From a virus (Duplodnaviria > Caudoviricetes): 64,000 nt of DNA. Under the pieces are notes generated by a model. That model did no database searches and had not been told where the DNA came from. It saw only the letters and a program-made list of their open reading frames with translations. Made by a program: the position numbers and the translations under genes. Below are positions 8,706 through 17,428 of the stretch, piece after piece; position 1 is the first letter of the stretch; every line of letters starts with the position of its first letter. The stretch spans positions 32,001-96,000 of the IMG/VR virus record IMGVR_UViG_3300037424_000485. One strand, written 5' to 3'.

Positions 8706-10150
8706 AACTCCATTTCAAAATTTGCATTTGATTCTAACAGCTTATATTCATTTATAGTATGTTTCTCAAATGTATAATGTCTATGCCTGATCTCACCGTG
8801 CTTCTTTAAAAATTTGGTGTTATCAACAATATCCCATATAATAGCCCCAACACCTTCTTTATCCTCATGAAGTCTAAGTGTTCTGCCGATTGATTGAATT
8901 ACACGTATATAGCTTTTGCTTGGACTAGCAAAGACTAGAGATCTAAGAGAAGGCATGTTGATGCCAACACTAAAGACTTGGTAAGTAGCTATAATTATTA
9001 CATCATCCCTTAAATCACCCAACAATCTCCATTTTTCTCTAAGCTCTGCTTTATCTCTTCCCGATATAAAAACAACTTGACGGTTTGGAAATTTATCTCT
9101 GAGGGCTTCCTCCAAATCCTCACCCTCTTTTATTTTATCAACAAGAAGAAGGATTGTATGATCTGTTATACCACATAGATGTTTTATAAGTCCAAGCCTG
9201 TATTTACTTTCCCCTATCTTCTCTCTTACTTGATTATAATCACCCTTTATCTTGTCAAGATAGTTTACATGCAACATATTTATATTACAGTGCGATATAA
9301 AACCATCATCAGCAAGATCTTTCGATGTTACATTTTTAAGAACAGGCCCTATATATGACTTGACCATTAATTCATCAAGTCTACATTTTGGCATAGTACC
9401 AGTAAATCCTAATCTCCATCTAGCTTTAGTTGCATGTTGTAATACTTCATGTAATATCTTTGCGGCACAACTATGAACCTCATCGACAATGACACAATCG
9501 AATGTACCTACCATCTCTTTTTTATTCTTTAAGGATTGCCATGTTGATATAACAATCCTCTTATCAAATTCTTTTAATTTACTATTAACACATCCCAATA
9601 ATTCTGGGTATATACCATAGTCTAATAGATCATTATAAAATTGGGTAGTTAATCCTATCGTAGGTACAATTATAATAGCATTATTAATCTCTTCCTTTAG
9701 TAGTTCTTTAATGATATATGCTATAATAAGACTCTTTCCAGATGCAGTACATGATACTATACATCCTTTAGAATAGGATAGTGCTGCTAATATACAATCT
9801 TCTTGATATGCCCTTGGATAGTGTTTAAGATTCCATGTTGGGTCTGGTTTAATACCCTCAAACATCTTCTTAACATCATTTTCAATGTTGATTTCTAAAT
9901 GAGGAAATTCCTTTTTAGTAAACTTAACAAGATCTAGTAAAAGTCCATAAGATAATCTACGAACGTTAGGATTAAAAAGAGATTTTTTCCCATTCCACTG
10001 ACCAGATTTATATTTTGATGTGAACATATAACCGTCCACATATTCTGTATAATGTTCTTTAACTTTATTTAAATATTCATAATCAGTAGTATCTATACGT
10101 ATGTTTAAATTATCATGTAGAACTATATTTACATTTTCTTTATTACTCAT
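8690..10150 (-). CDS. uvsW: UvsW-like superfamily 2 DNA helicase
   Basis: PRAYQ, CTASGKS (Walker A), DEVH, GFTGT, VGINMPSL, QSIGRTLR motifs. Confidence 0.9.
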   Translation of the reverse strand: MSNKENVNIVLHDNLNIRIDTTDYEYLNKVKEHYTEYVDGYMFTSKYKSGQWNGKKSLFNPNVRRLSYGLLLDLVKFTKKEFPHLEINIENDVKKMFEGIKPDPTWNLKHYPRAYQEDCILAALSYSKGCIVSCTASGKSLIIAYIIKELLKEEINNAIIIVPTIGLTTQFYNDLLDYGIYPELLGCVNSKLKEFDKRIVISTWQSLKNKKEMVGTFDCVIVDEVHSCAAKILHEVLQHATKARWRLGFTGTMPKCRLDELMVKSYIGPVLKNVTSKDLADDGFISHCNINMLHVNYLDKIKGDYNQVREKIGESKYRLGLIKHLCGITDHTILLLVDKIKEGEDLEEALRDKFPNRQVVFISGRDKAELREKWRLLGDLRDDVIIIATYQVFSVGINMPSLRSLVFASPSKSYIRVIQSIGRTLRLHEDKEGVGAIIWDIVDNTKFLKKHGEIRHRHYTFEKHTINEYKLLESNANFEMELCQEN

Positions 10151-10742
10151 TTATATATTCACATTTATATCCTTTGTGGTGTGTTTGTATATTTTTTGCC
10201 ACCTTTATCATCAGTTGATGTAAAAGTTTGGATTTATGTTCTCTACACCATTTCCTAATACCACTAACTATAATGACCTCACCTGTTGGTGTAATGACTT
10301 TATAAGTTCTTGATTTTATATGATTACTACCTGACATCTTCTCACTTAATATTTTTTTAATTTCATCACTATGTGTTTTACCATAGAAAGGATTACTATC
10401 ACCTTTGGTTGCATCACTTATCTTTTGTTTTGTCTCTTTGGTATGATGGTGTCCTGTCATTCCCCCACCAGAGCCACCCCATGCTAGATTATATCCACAA
10501 ACGCCGAATGAATTATACTGTTTAATATAGTGAAATTCCATTTCATCAAGCTCTTCTTTGGATTTACATTCACATAACACTTCCCATATGAAATTTTCTT
10601 TACCATATTTGTTTATTGCCTTGGAAAAATAAGTGTTGATTTTAGATATGATATGTTGTCTCTTTCTAAATTTTAATGTATTTTTGGTTTGTCCTATATA
10701 ACACTTACCATCGACTGTATTTGTTGCTTTATAAATAATCAT
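10143..10742 (-). CDS. GIY-YIG homing endonuclease with NUMOD3 motifs (Seg-like)
   Basis: IIYKATN..DGKCYIGQT, GYNLAWGG, HHHTKETKQKIS and NPFYGKTHS motifs. Confidence 0.9.
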   Translation of the reverse strand: MIIYKATNTVDGKCYIGQTKNTLKFRKRQHIISKINTYFSKAINKYGKENFIWEVLCECKSKEELDEMEFHYIKQYNSFGVCGYNLAWGGSGGGMTGHHHTKETKQKISDATKGDSNPFYGKTHSDEIKKILSEKMSGSNHIKSRTYKVITPTGEVIIVSGIRKWCREHKSKLLHQLMIKVAKNIQTHHKGYKCEYINE

Positions 10743-10763
10743 ATATTTATCTCCTTATATGAT

Positions 10764-10771
10764 TATTTATA
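10764..10771 (-). promoter_or_regulatory. T4-type late promoter for the GIY-YIG gene
   Basis: TATAAATA on the reverse strand, followed by AAGGAG RBS and the ATG at 10742. Confidence 0.7.
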
Positions 10772-10808
10772 AAAACATTCCATAGTCCAGACGATTTATA
10801 TTAGTTAC

Positions 10809-11216
10809 TCAATCAACTTTATATACCCATACAGGCAATCCTTTTTCTTTAGCTAGTTGAATCATATTTTTTGTTCCTCTACTACCATTTTTGTGAAGGG
10901 CGAGAAGGGCATCTCCATAAGTAGCCATCTGTTTATTTCTTATATATCCGGCAGCGGCATCATATTTAATACCACTGCTATTTATACGTACTGTAGCACC
11001 AGATCTGGTTATATTACCCCAATCAGCAGGAAAACGCTTAATAATTATGTTATTTTCTTCAGCGTACCTTTCACCTAGCTTATCAGCACCATTAGCAGTT
11101 CCACTAACGATCTCCCTAATACCAATTATCTCAAAATGAGATATAGCATCAATAAGTATTTGATAATCTGTGACATCTCTCGATCCTGCAATTATAAGCT
11201 TCAAGTAACACTCCAT
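10809..11216 (-). CDS. SLOG superfamily (DUF2493/YspA-like) protein
   Basis: LIIAGSR, IVSGTANGADKLGERYA, AGYIRNKQM and SRGTKNMI motifs. Confidence 0.85.
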   Translation of the reverse strand: MECYLKLIIAGSRDVTDYQILIDAISHFEIIGIREIVSGTANGADKLGERYAEENNIIIKRFPADWGNITRSGATVRINSSGIKYDAAAGYIRNKQMATYGDALLALHKNGSRGTKNMIQLAKEKGLPVWVYKVD

Positions 11217-11365
11217 TGTTTTTTATTTTCTAGATCGATGGATGCAATAGCACCAGATGACCTTTCTCTATACCATTTAACACTTGCATCAATCTGTATG
11301 ATATCAACAACCATACCATTTACCTTATGTGTTGCTATATCACCAACTTGTATATCTTTATTCAT
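11201..11365 (-). CDS. Small hypothetical protein
   Basis: MNKDIQVGDIATHK..., 54 aa. Start revised from the ORF track because the upstream part is overlapped by 11367-11537. Confidence 0.5.
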   Translation of the reverse strand: MNKDIQVGDIATHKVNGMVVDIIQIDASVKWYRERSSGAIASIDLENKKQWSVT

Positions 11366-11366
11366 C

Positions 11367-11537
11367 TTAGTCTTCGTCATCATATATACGACCTTTTTTC
11401 TTCTTTTGGCCTTCTCTCCAAGCTTTGGTATCTCCAACCGGAAACTCAGGTTTTTTTACACCAGCAACCTCTTTCCAGAAGTCAATCACATCGTCTTTTA
11501 TACTTTCTTCATATTCTCTACGATCTTGTTTATTCAT
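11367..11537 (-). CDS. Small hypothetical protein (not in ORF track)
   Basis: 56 aa MNKQDRREYEESIKDDVIDFW...IYDDED, filling the gap between coupled genes. Confidence 0.6.
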   Translation of the reverse strand: MNKQDRREYEESIKDDVIDFWKEVAGVKKPEFPVGDTKAWREGQKKKKGRIYDDED

Positions 11538-11871
11538 TTGATATATCCCTAACTTTTTTCATCATAGATTCTAACCCTGGATGATCTTCAAGTATATAAC
11601 GACAATCCTTATCTATCCATATATCTATATCTATATTATATTTATCTTTTATATATTTTTCTTTTCCATGTCTACTTGTAAATAGTATCCCATCTACACT
11701 CTCTCCTATACAATCGTGGAGGTATTCACCTTCGAGTAATTCATTTTTTAGGGTCACTATATAGGATTTATGACCTAATCTATGCACTATCTCAAAGAAT
11801 TCCAACCATAAATCTGGATCTTCAGTGTATGTACCATCAAAATCAATACCAAAATTTAAACTATTATTCAA
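11530..11871 (-). CDS. HAD-superfamily hydrolase-like protein
   Basis: GIDFDGT motif I, IVT motif II, DIWID motif IV. Confidence 0.75.
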   Translation of the reverse strand: MNNSLNFGIDFDGTYTEDPDLWLEFFEIVHRLGHKSYIVTLKNELLEGEYLHDCIGESVDGILFTSRHGKEKYIKDKYNIDIDIWIDKDCRYILEDHPGLESMMKKVRDISNE

Positions 11872-12130
11872 AATTCACCTCTATTATTTTATCTGTAAGA
11901 TTAACATCATTTATTATAGTCCAACTGCCTACAACTACAAACTCGACATTTTTTCTGGTTTCATTACAATATTTCCAATTTATTGGAAATGGATATTTTA
12001 TAAGTTCTGTATCATGACACCATATATCTCTAATTTTAGAATATAACTCTTTCCATGTTGTCTTCTCAAGACACTCTATTGTTCTATTCTCAATATCAAC
12101 ATCTATATCTATATCTATATTATACTTCAT
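11864..12130 (-). CDS. Hypothetical protein
   Basis: 88-aa ORF overlapping the neighbour's start. Confidence 0.6.
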   Translation of the reverse strand: MKYNIDIDIDVDIENRTIECLEKTTWKELYSKIRDIWCHDTELIKYPFPINWKYCNETRKNVEFVVVGSWTIINDVNLTDKIIEVNFE

Positions 12131-12178
12131 ATATCTCCTTTTGCAACTATCATAGAAAGCTCTTTTAGATAATGTTCG

Positions 12179-12610
12179 TTATTTATTAATATCTACCCAT
12201 AATTTTAGCTGCCAGCCTTGAGTTTTGAAGGCTTCCCATACAGCTTCAAAAAATTGCATACGTATCTCTATCTCCAACTCTAGCTTTCTAAGCTTGATGA
12301 CTCTACTATCTTTTGGAATATAGAACCTCTCTATTTCTACTTTTGAAAGTATCACATCATTCTTATGTTTTAGATCATCATAGAGCTGGCCTATATAGGC
12401 ATCTCTCACTATCTCAAGCTCCATCAACCTACTCTTCTCAGCAAGGTATAGAAGCCTGAATTGCTCTTGATAATATGGGTTCTTTTCAATTTGATCCCTT
12501 ATCTTGAATTCATTGGTTGTTACTAGTGGGAACACATCATACTCAAGCTGTAATTGTTTGAGTATTTCATTTTTTTGTATATCTGTAAATACTTTACTAT
12601 CTAATGTCAT
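12179..12610 (-). CDS. uvsY: UvsY-like recombination mediator
   Basis: Helical protein of UvsY size with YIPKD and FKTQGWQLK end motif, upstream of uvsW as in T4-like phages. Confidence 0.55.
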   Translation of the reverse strand: MTLDSKVFTDIQKNEILKQLQLEYDVFPLVTTNEFKIRDQIEKNPYYQEQFRLLYLAEKSRLMELEIVRDAYIGQLYDDLKHKNDVILSKVEIERFYIPKDSRVIKLRKLELEIEIRMQFFEAVWEAFKTQGWQLKLWVDINK

Positions 12611-12812
12611 TTATACTTTCCTTATATTTCTTCCATAAGTCTGTGTAGCACTCAGAAGAACAAATAAATACATCCCATGTAGGTTCAATCCATTTAGTAG
12701 GCTCATTACATATAGCGCAATGGCATTCCTCTATACCCTTAAAAAACCCACCATTTCTCCACTTTTCATCTACTTTTGCATATATAATATCAAGTTTCAT
12801 GGTTTCTTCCAA
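12597..12812 (-). CDS. Hypothetical zinc-ribbon protein
   Basis: CAIC...CSSEC. Confidence 0.6.
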   Translation of the reverse strand: MEETMKLDIIYAKVDEKWRNGGFFKGIEECHCAICNEPTKWIEPTWDVFICSSECYTDLWKKYKESINDIR

Positions 12813-12840
12813 TAATCATCACATTCTGATTGTCTACATC

Positions 12841-13059
12841 CTAGTTTTTACCAAAGAATGTTGATTTAATACCAGATCCACATTTTTCACATCTAAATAT
12901 ATCAAAATCCCCAATTACACGAATAAGAGGTGGTTTTGGTATTAATGTATTTTTAATAAGATGCTTAATATCTTCATACTTTACATATCTACCATCATCA
13001 TCTGATTCGATTTTAACAATATTAAATAGGGTTATTATGTTAAATCTTTTAATTTTCAT
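12841..13059 (-). CDS. Hypothetical protein
   Basis: 72-aa ORF with ATGA coupling upstream. Confidence 0.6.
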   Translation of the reverse strand: MKIKRFNIITLFNIVKIESDDDGRYVKYEDIKHLIKNTLIPKPPLIRVIGDFDIFRCEKCGSGIKSTFFGKN

Positions 13060-13296
13060 GGTTTCTTACCACATTCGTATATATTTTCTTCTCTAAAGTA
13101 TATTTCATCTTCTATCTTCCATGCCCAATGGACTATTATATATTCATATATAAGAATATCATTAGAGGGAATTGGGGGTATGAGAATGTCGTTGCATATA
13201 CATATTTTTCATGTATGCTAAAACTTCATCTTCTGTACGTACTACAGTACAATTTCCATTGTATTCTGATGGTTCATTATATACATACTTAACCAT
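13056..13296 (-). pseudogene. Frameshifted small gene (+1 nt)
   Basis: TAATG-coupled start and ATGA-coupled end 241 nt apart (3n+1). MVKYVYNEP...HTPNS joins SNDILIYEYIIVHWAWKIE if one C is removed. Confidence 0.55.
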
Positions 13297-13745
13297 TATA
13301 ACCCTCCTTTTTGAAATATTTCTCTTAATTGCATTAGCTGTATACCTAGGTGATTTTCGCCTTTTATATGTTCACATTGAGAGCACCTACAATCTCCCCA
13401 GATATTATCATGATGTTTATTGCCCTCTATCAATATCTCTCTACCAGTATCAAGAAGTCTATTTCTTATCTCTGGGTTCTGAACAAATTTATACTGTAAG
13501 GCAATCCACATAATCTCAAATTTCTTATCTTGGAAAGCAAGGCTTTGTTTTACAAATCGTCCTATTTTCTTGGCATCACCAGGAGTCTTGGCGGTATGTA
13601 TCAGTATTATGTCCTTTTTATTAAGACATTTATGAGCCTGATAATAGTGCTCAGAGGTTGTCCATCTGACACCAAAATTATCGGTGAATGGGCAAGGTGA
13701 AAAGTTGGATAGGTAGAAATATTTACCACGAAAATCATCTATCAT
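13296..13745 (-). CDS. NADAR family protein (YbiA-like ADP-ribosyl glycohydrolase)
   Basis: FYLSNFS, TSEHYYQAHK, AKKIGR, KFVQN, LIEGN..HDNIWG and GENHLGIQLMQLRE motifs. Confidence 0.9.
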   Translation of the reverse strand: MIDDFRGKYFYLSNFSPCPFTDNFGVRWTTSEHYYQAHKCLNKKDIILIHTAKTPGDAKKIGRFVKQSLAFQDKKFEIMWIALQYKFVQNPEIRNRLLDTGREILIEGNKHHDNIWGDCRCSQCEHIKGENHLGIQLMQLREIFQKGGL

Positions 13746-13827
13746 ATTTTTTATCCTGTTAAATTAGTCTTATGTACAATATATAATTAACCACATTAAC
13801 ACATAATAGTCGAGATGTAAATATCCA

Positions 13828-13855
13828 TTGACTATATCTTAAAATATATTATAAT
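13828..13855 (+). promoter_or_regulatory. sigma70-type early promoter
   Basis: TTGACT-16 nt-TATAAT, then AAGGAG RBS. Confidence 0.7.
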
Positions 13856-13876
13856 AGCTAAAAAAGGAGATATATC

Positions 13877-14185
13877 ATGCACAATTATAAAGTTGGTGAT
13901 AGAGTAAAATACATCTCTAACCACTGGAAGGACACCGAAACCAATCCTCTATGGGATGGCAAGTATGGTAGGATTACAGGAACTATTATTCCTTATATTG
14001 CTAATGATTTTACCAACAAGGTGTTATGGGATAGCAAGTATGGTAGGATTACAGGAACTATTATTCCTTATATTGCTAATGATTTTACCAACAAGGTGTT
14101 ATGGGATAATGGATATACAAATTCATACTGTCTAGATGATTTGGAGATTGTGGATTATATACCAGAAGATATGTTTAAAATGTGA
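13877..14185 (+). CDS. KOW/SH3-like protein with 25-aa duplication and C-terminal IPEDMFKM tag
   Basis: YKVGDRVKY start. KYGRITGTIIPYIANDFTNKVLWD occurs twice. Confidence 0.8.
   Translation: MHNYKVGDRVKYISNHWKDTETNPLWDGKYGRITGTIIPYIANDFTNKVLWDSKYGRITGTIIPYIANDFTNKVLWDNGYTNSYCLDDLEIVDYIPEDMFKM
13950..14108. repeat. 75-nt-period tandem duplication
   Basis: 13960-14033 is identical to 14035-14108. Confidence 0.95.
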
Positions 14186-14224
14186 TAGGGCGAAATACCA
14201 TGAAGGTTATAAAGGAGATATATC

Positions 14225-14362
14225 ATGCACAAATATAAAGTTGGTGATAAATTTATATGTGTAATACCCCATCGAAATATCAATGATTATAATATTGGAG
14301 TATGGATAGATTGTGCCAGACCTTATTACAATATACCAGAAGATATGTTTAGGATGGGTTAA
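14225..14362 (+). CDS. 45-aa paralogue of 13877 ORF with C-terminal IPEDMFRM tag (not in ORF track)
   Basis: Same aaaggagatatatcatgcacaa RBS/start. MHKYKVGDKF...YNIPEDMFRMG. Confidence 0.7.
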   Translation: MHKYKVGDKFICVIPHRNINDYNIGVWIDCARPYYNIPEDMFRMG

Positions 14363-14475
14363 TTATGAATGGCTATTGGTTAGATACATATAAAATATTA
14401 TAACCTATAGCGTGTAATATCCCTTGTATTTTATTCTGTTATATGTTATGATGTTTTAATTAAACAGGAGATAAA

Positions 14476-15654
14476 ATGTTAGATATTAGTGTAATTGAAT
14501 CAATTAAAACAAGTGGTGTTTTTCCAGAGCTATATATTAAAGATAGTAAAGGAAAAACACGAACTTGGCGTATATATGTAGAGGCTGTAGATGATATTGC
14601 CTCTATTAGTATCGAGAGTGGTATTCTAGGTGGTAAAATTACCAAAAAAACATCATGGACTCGTATCGGCACTAATATAGGACGTGCTAATGAGATGAGT
14701 CCTCTTCAGAAGGCTTTATTCGATGCTGGTAATAGCTGGCAGGATAAGTATGAGCATAATTATGTTCTTAGCGTTGATGATGTAGACAACCCACCTGAAT
14801 TTATATATCCTATGCTGGCTCTTACTGCTAAAAAGCAGGTACTTCCTTGTTTTGCACAAGGAAAGCTTAATGGTATTAGAGCTTTTAGTATTCGTGCTGG
14901 ACTTCCTGAATATAATTACAAACCAAATGACATGTTAACCAGTCGTGGAGGTAAAGATCTACCCACACTTGCTCATATTAAAGCAGCATGTGATGAGGTT
15001 TTTGGAAATCATACAAATCATGATGGTGAAGTATATCTACATGGTGTGCCTCTTCAAGATATTAGCGGTATGAGTAAGAAAGAGCGTGGTGGTTTAGAGA
15101 CTCTTGAATATTGGGTTTATGATATTCCTATGGTAGGTGTTGCTTTTAAAGATCGTCTTGAAATAATGAAAAAGGTTATTCCTAAAAATCATCCTATTGT
15201 TAAGATGGTTCCTACATATTGGATTGAAACACAGGAAGAGCTTGACAGGTTTCGTGCAGATATAATCAGTCAGGGCTTCGAGGGTCTTATCACAAGAACA
15301 CCAAATGGTGTTTATGGATTTGATAATCGTGGTAAAGACCTTATGAAGGATAAAGATTTTCAAGATGAAGAGTTTGATATTGTTGGATATACATCAGAAG
15401 AATATGACGATTTTGGAACAATCAGACATCTTGTAATATGGATATGTAAGGCCGGAAATCATACCTTTAATTGCAGACCAAAAGGCACTGTAGAGAATAA
15501 AGAGACACTTTTAAAGAATGCCGATGCTATGATTGGAAAACCTTTAACTGTTAGGTTTCTTGAGAAGTCGAACTTAGGTATCCCTATTGGAAATCCTGTG
15601 GGAAATTGTATAGGTGTGGATGAATTTGACACTATTGTGAGGGATTATGAATAA
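14476..15654 (+). CDS. lig: ATP-dependent DNA ligase
   Basis: YPMLA, QGKLNGIRA (KxDG-like motif I), DGEVY, YWVYD, FEGLITR and LMKDK motifs. Confidence 0.9.
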   Translation: MLDISVIESIKTSGVFPELYIKDSKGKTRTWRIYVEAVDDIASISIESGILGGKITKKTSWTRIGTNIGRANEMSPLQKALFDAGNSWQDKYEHNYVLSVDDVDNPPEFIYPMLALTAKKQVLPCFAQGKLNGIRAFSIRAGLPEYNYKPNDMLTSRGGKDLPTLAHIKAACDEVFGNHTNHDGEVYLHGVPLQDISGMSKKERGGLETLEYWVYDIPMVGVAFKDRLEIMKKVIPKNHPIVKMVPTYWIETQEELDRFRADIISQGFEGLITRTPNGVYGFDNRGKDLMKDKDFQDEEFDIVGYTSEEYDDFGTIRHLVIWICKAGNHTFNCRPKGTVENKETLLKNADAMIGKPLTVRFLEKSNLGIPIGNPVGNCIGVDEFDTIVRDYE

Positions 15655-15856
15655 AACTATGTTTAAAATTGGAGATATAGTAAAATATACTGGTAAATTT
15701 TCTAGAAACCTTATTAATAAAAAAAGGATTATTACAGAACAGCCAACAGTAAGAAATATCAAAGTTAAATGGGATGGTGTGGACATCGAATGTGGTGTGT
15801 ATCCTGAAAATATAGAGATATATCGTACTATACCAGATGAAATGTTTATATTATGA
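15647..15856 (+). CDS. KOW/SH3-like small protein with C-terminal IPDEMFIL tag
   Basis: FKIGDIVKY...VKWDG. Ends TIPDEMFIL. Confidence 0.75.
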   Translation: MNKTMFKIGDIVKYTGKFSRNLINKKRIITEQPTVRNIKVKWDGVDIECGVYPENIEIYRTIPDEMFIL

Positions 15857-16071
15857 TTATTAAATATATGAAAATATTATTAAGGATATTTCTATTCATC
15901 AGACAAATTTCTTTATTACGAGATATAGAGTTATATCACCCTGAGTCGCCGGGGATGAAGATCACTATCACTCGTTCTTGGATTGGTAGATTATCAAAAC
16001 CAAAAGATTTTGCAACAATATCAGAGTGTTGCAAATCCTATAGACTTAGAAGAAAATATAAAATGTTATGA
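15853..16071 (+). CDS. Hypothetical protein
   Basis: ATGA-coupled at both ends. Confidence 0.6.
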   Translation: MIIKYMKILLRIFLFIRQISLLRDIELYHPESPGMKITITRSWIGRLSKPKDFATISECCKSYRLRRKYKML

Positions 16072-16406
16072 AAATATTATTAGTTGATGATATAAGAACA
16101 CCAGATAATATGAATCTTATAGACTCATATTTTTTGAAGTATATTAATGAAGTTGTAGAGTGGGATGTGGCTATAAATTATGCTGAAGCTATCCAATATC
16201 TTATGGAGAATAGTTATGATCTTATTACATTAGATCATGACCTTGGTGAAATAAAAACTGGTTATGATGTTGCCAACTGGTTGGAAAATTCTATTGTTAA
16301 TGGTAATATCATACATTCTGAAATTAGATGTCATTCTGCAAATCCCGTTGGTAGATTACGTATAAATAAGGTTATAACAAGCATAGAGAGGTTTAGAAGA
16401 CTATAA
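16068..16406 (+). CDS. Cyclic-phosphate-processing receiver domain protein
   Basis: ILLVDDIR, LDHDLG..TGYDVA.WLE and HSANPVGR motifs. Confidence 0.85.
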   Translation: MKILLVDDIRTPDNMNLIDSYFLKYINEVVEWDVAINYAEAIQYLMENSYDLITLDHDLGEIKTGYDVANWLENSIVNGNIIHSEIRCHSANPVGRLRINKVITSIERFRRL

Positions 16407-16407
16407 A

Positions 16408-16695
16408 ATGTATTATACTGGATGGAAGTATCATATAGACAATGAAGATCATTTTAAAACTCTTCAAAGATATTGGATTGATAAACACTATACATGGGTA
16501 ACAGGTATTAAAAATGTATTAGATTTTGATTATATATATAACGAGTGTTGAACAGTACCAAACTGGCTTTATATCCAAGAAGACTGTGAAATGTTTTTTT
16601 GTAGAGGACTAGATAATGGTCAAGAAATCAATGATGATCATATTTACAATCTTGCTTATTTATATACAATACCAGAGGAGATGTTTAAAATATAA
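16408..16695 (+). pseudogene. 95-codon frame with one in-frame TGA and C-terminal IPEEMFKI tag
   Basis: ATG 16408, TGA 16549-16551. The same frame continues TVPNWLY...YTIPEEMFKI to TAA. Confidence 0.65.
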
Positions 16696-16703
16696 ATACG
16701 TAT

Positions 16704-17087
16704 ATGAAAAAAGAAAATGAATTAGAGCCTTTGAGATGTGTATGTAAGAATCATCCTGATAATCTTGATATATTTAAAGAAGAAGGAACATGGATAATTT
16801 TATGTCATGAATGTGACTGTATGACTTATTCAGAGATAAGCAAGGATGATGCTATTAATGAGTGGAATGATATTATTGAATCAGAGAAGGATAGTATTCA
16901 CAAATCAAATATTGATTTTAATAATGAAATGCATGAAAGTATGTATAGATGGATTTATAATATTTCTGTTAGATGGAAGAAAGAGAATGGAAATTATATG
17001 ACTAGTTTAGATATGGAAGAAATGTATGAATTATTTTCTTTCCAACTTGAAGATATTAATAATAAAATTTCTAATTCAAATTTCTAA
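16704..17087 (+). CDS. Hypothetical protein with Lar-like zinc ribbon
   Basis: LEPLRCVC...ILCHECDC...AINEWN. TATAAATA at 16691-16698. Confidence 0.65.
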   Translation: MKKENELEPLRCVCKNHPDNLDIFKEEGTWIILCHECDCMTYSEISKDDAINEWNDIIESEKDSIHKSNIDFNNEMHESMYRWIYNISVRWKKENGNYMTSLDMEEMYELFSFQLEDINNKISNSNF

Positions 17088-17251
17088 TTCAAATTTGAAT
17101 CTGTTGCTTCTAAAATTCAAATATTATATTTCCCCCCTTAACAGGTTTTATTATACCTGTGAGAGTAAGGTTTGTAAACATAGAATATTAAAATAATTTA
17201 ATATATACAAATTATAATGTAAATACATAGAGATAAATTAACATAAAGAAT

Positions 17252-17390
17252 TTAGCATTTTTTTCTTCTCATATTTTGGTATAAATATGGATAGACATGA
17301 TTTACTCCTTCAAAGTAGATTGTGGTTAGAAACCCATTAGCTATTAGCGTAGCAGTGGGTTTTGTTATTTCTAGTAGTATTTGAAATAGT
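17252..17390 (-). pseudogene. Internally deleted remnant of an HNH family gene (leader + first 8 codons + last 6 codons)
   Basis: Leader nearly identical to that of the HNH at 21905-22705. ATG 17298 MSIHIYTK is joined to ATGAGAAGAAAAAAATGCTAA (MRRKKC*), the family C-terminus. Confidence 0.8.
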
Positions 17391-17428
17391 TAGTTTACAT
17401 CTATTATGATATATATTACAATTATAGT

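Noticed and set aside
7516-14108. Direct repeats as possible CRISPR arrays
   Set aside because: Only two adjacent copies each, in-frame within ORFs, with no unique spacers and no cas genes.
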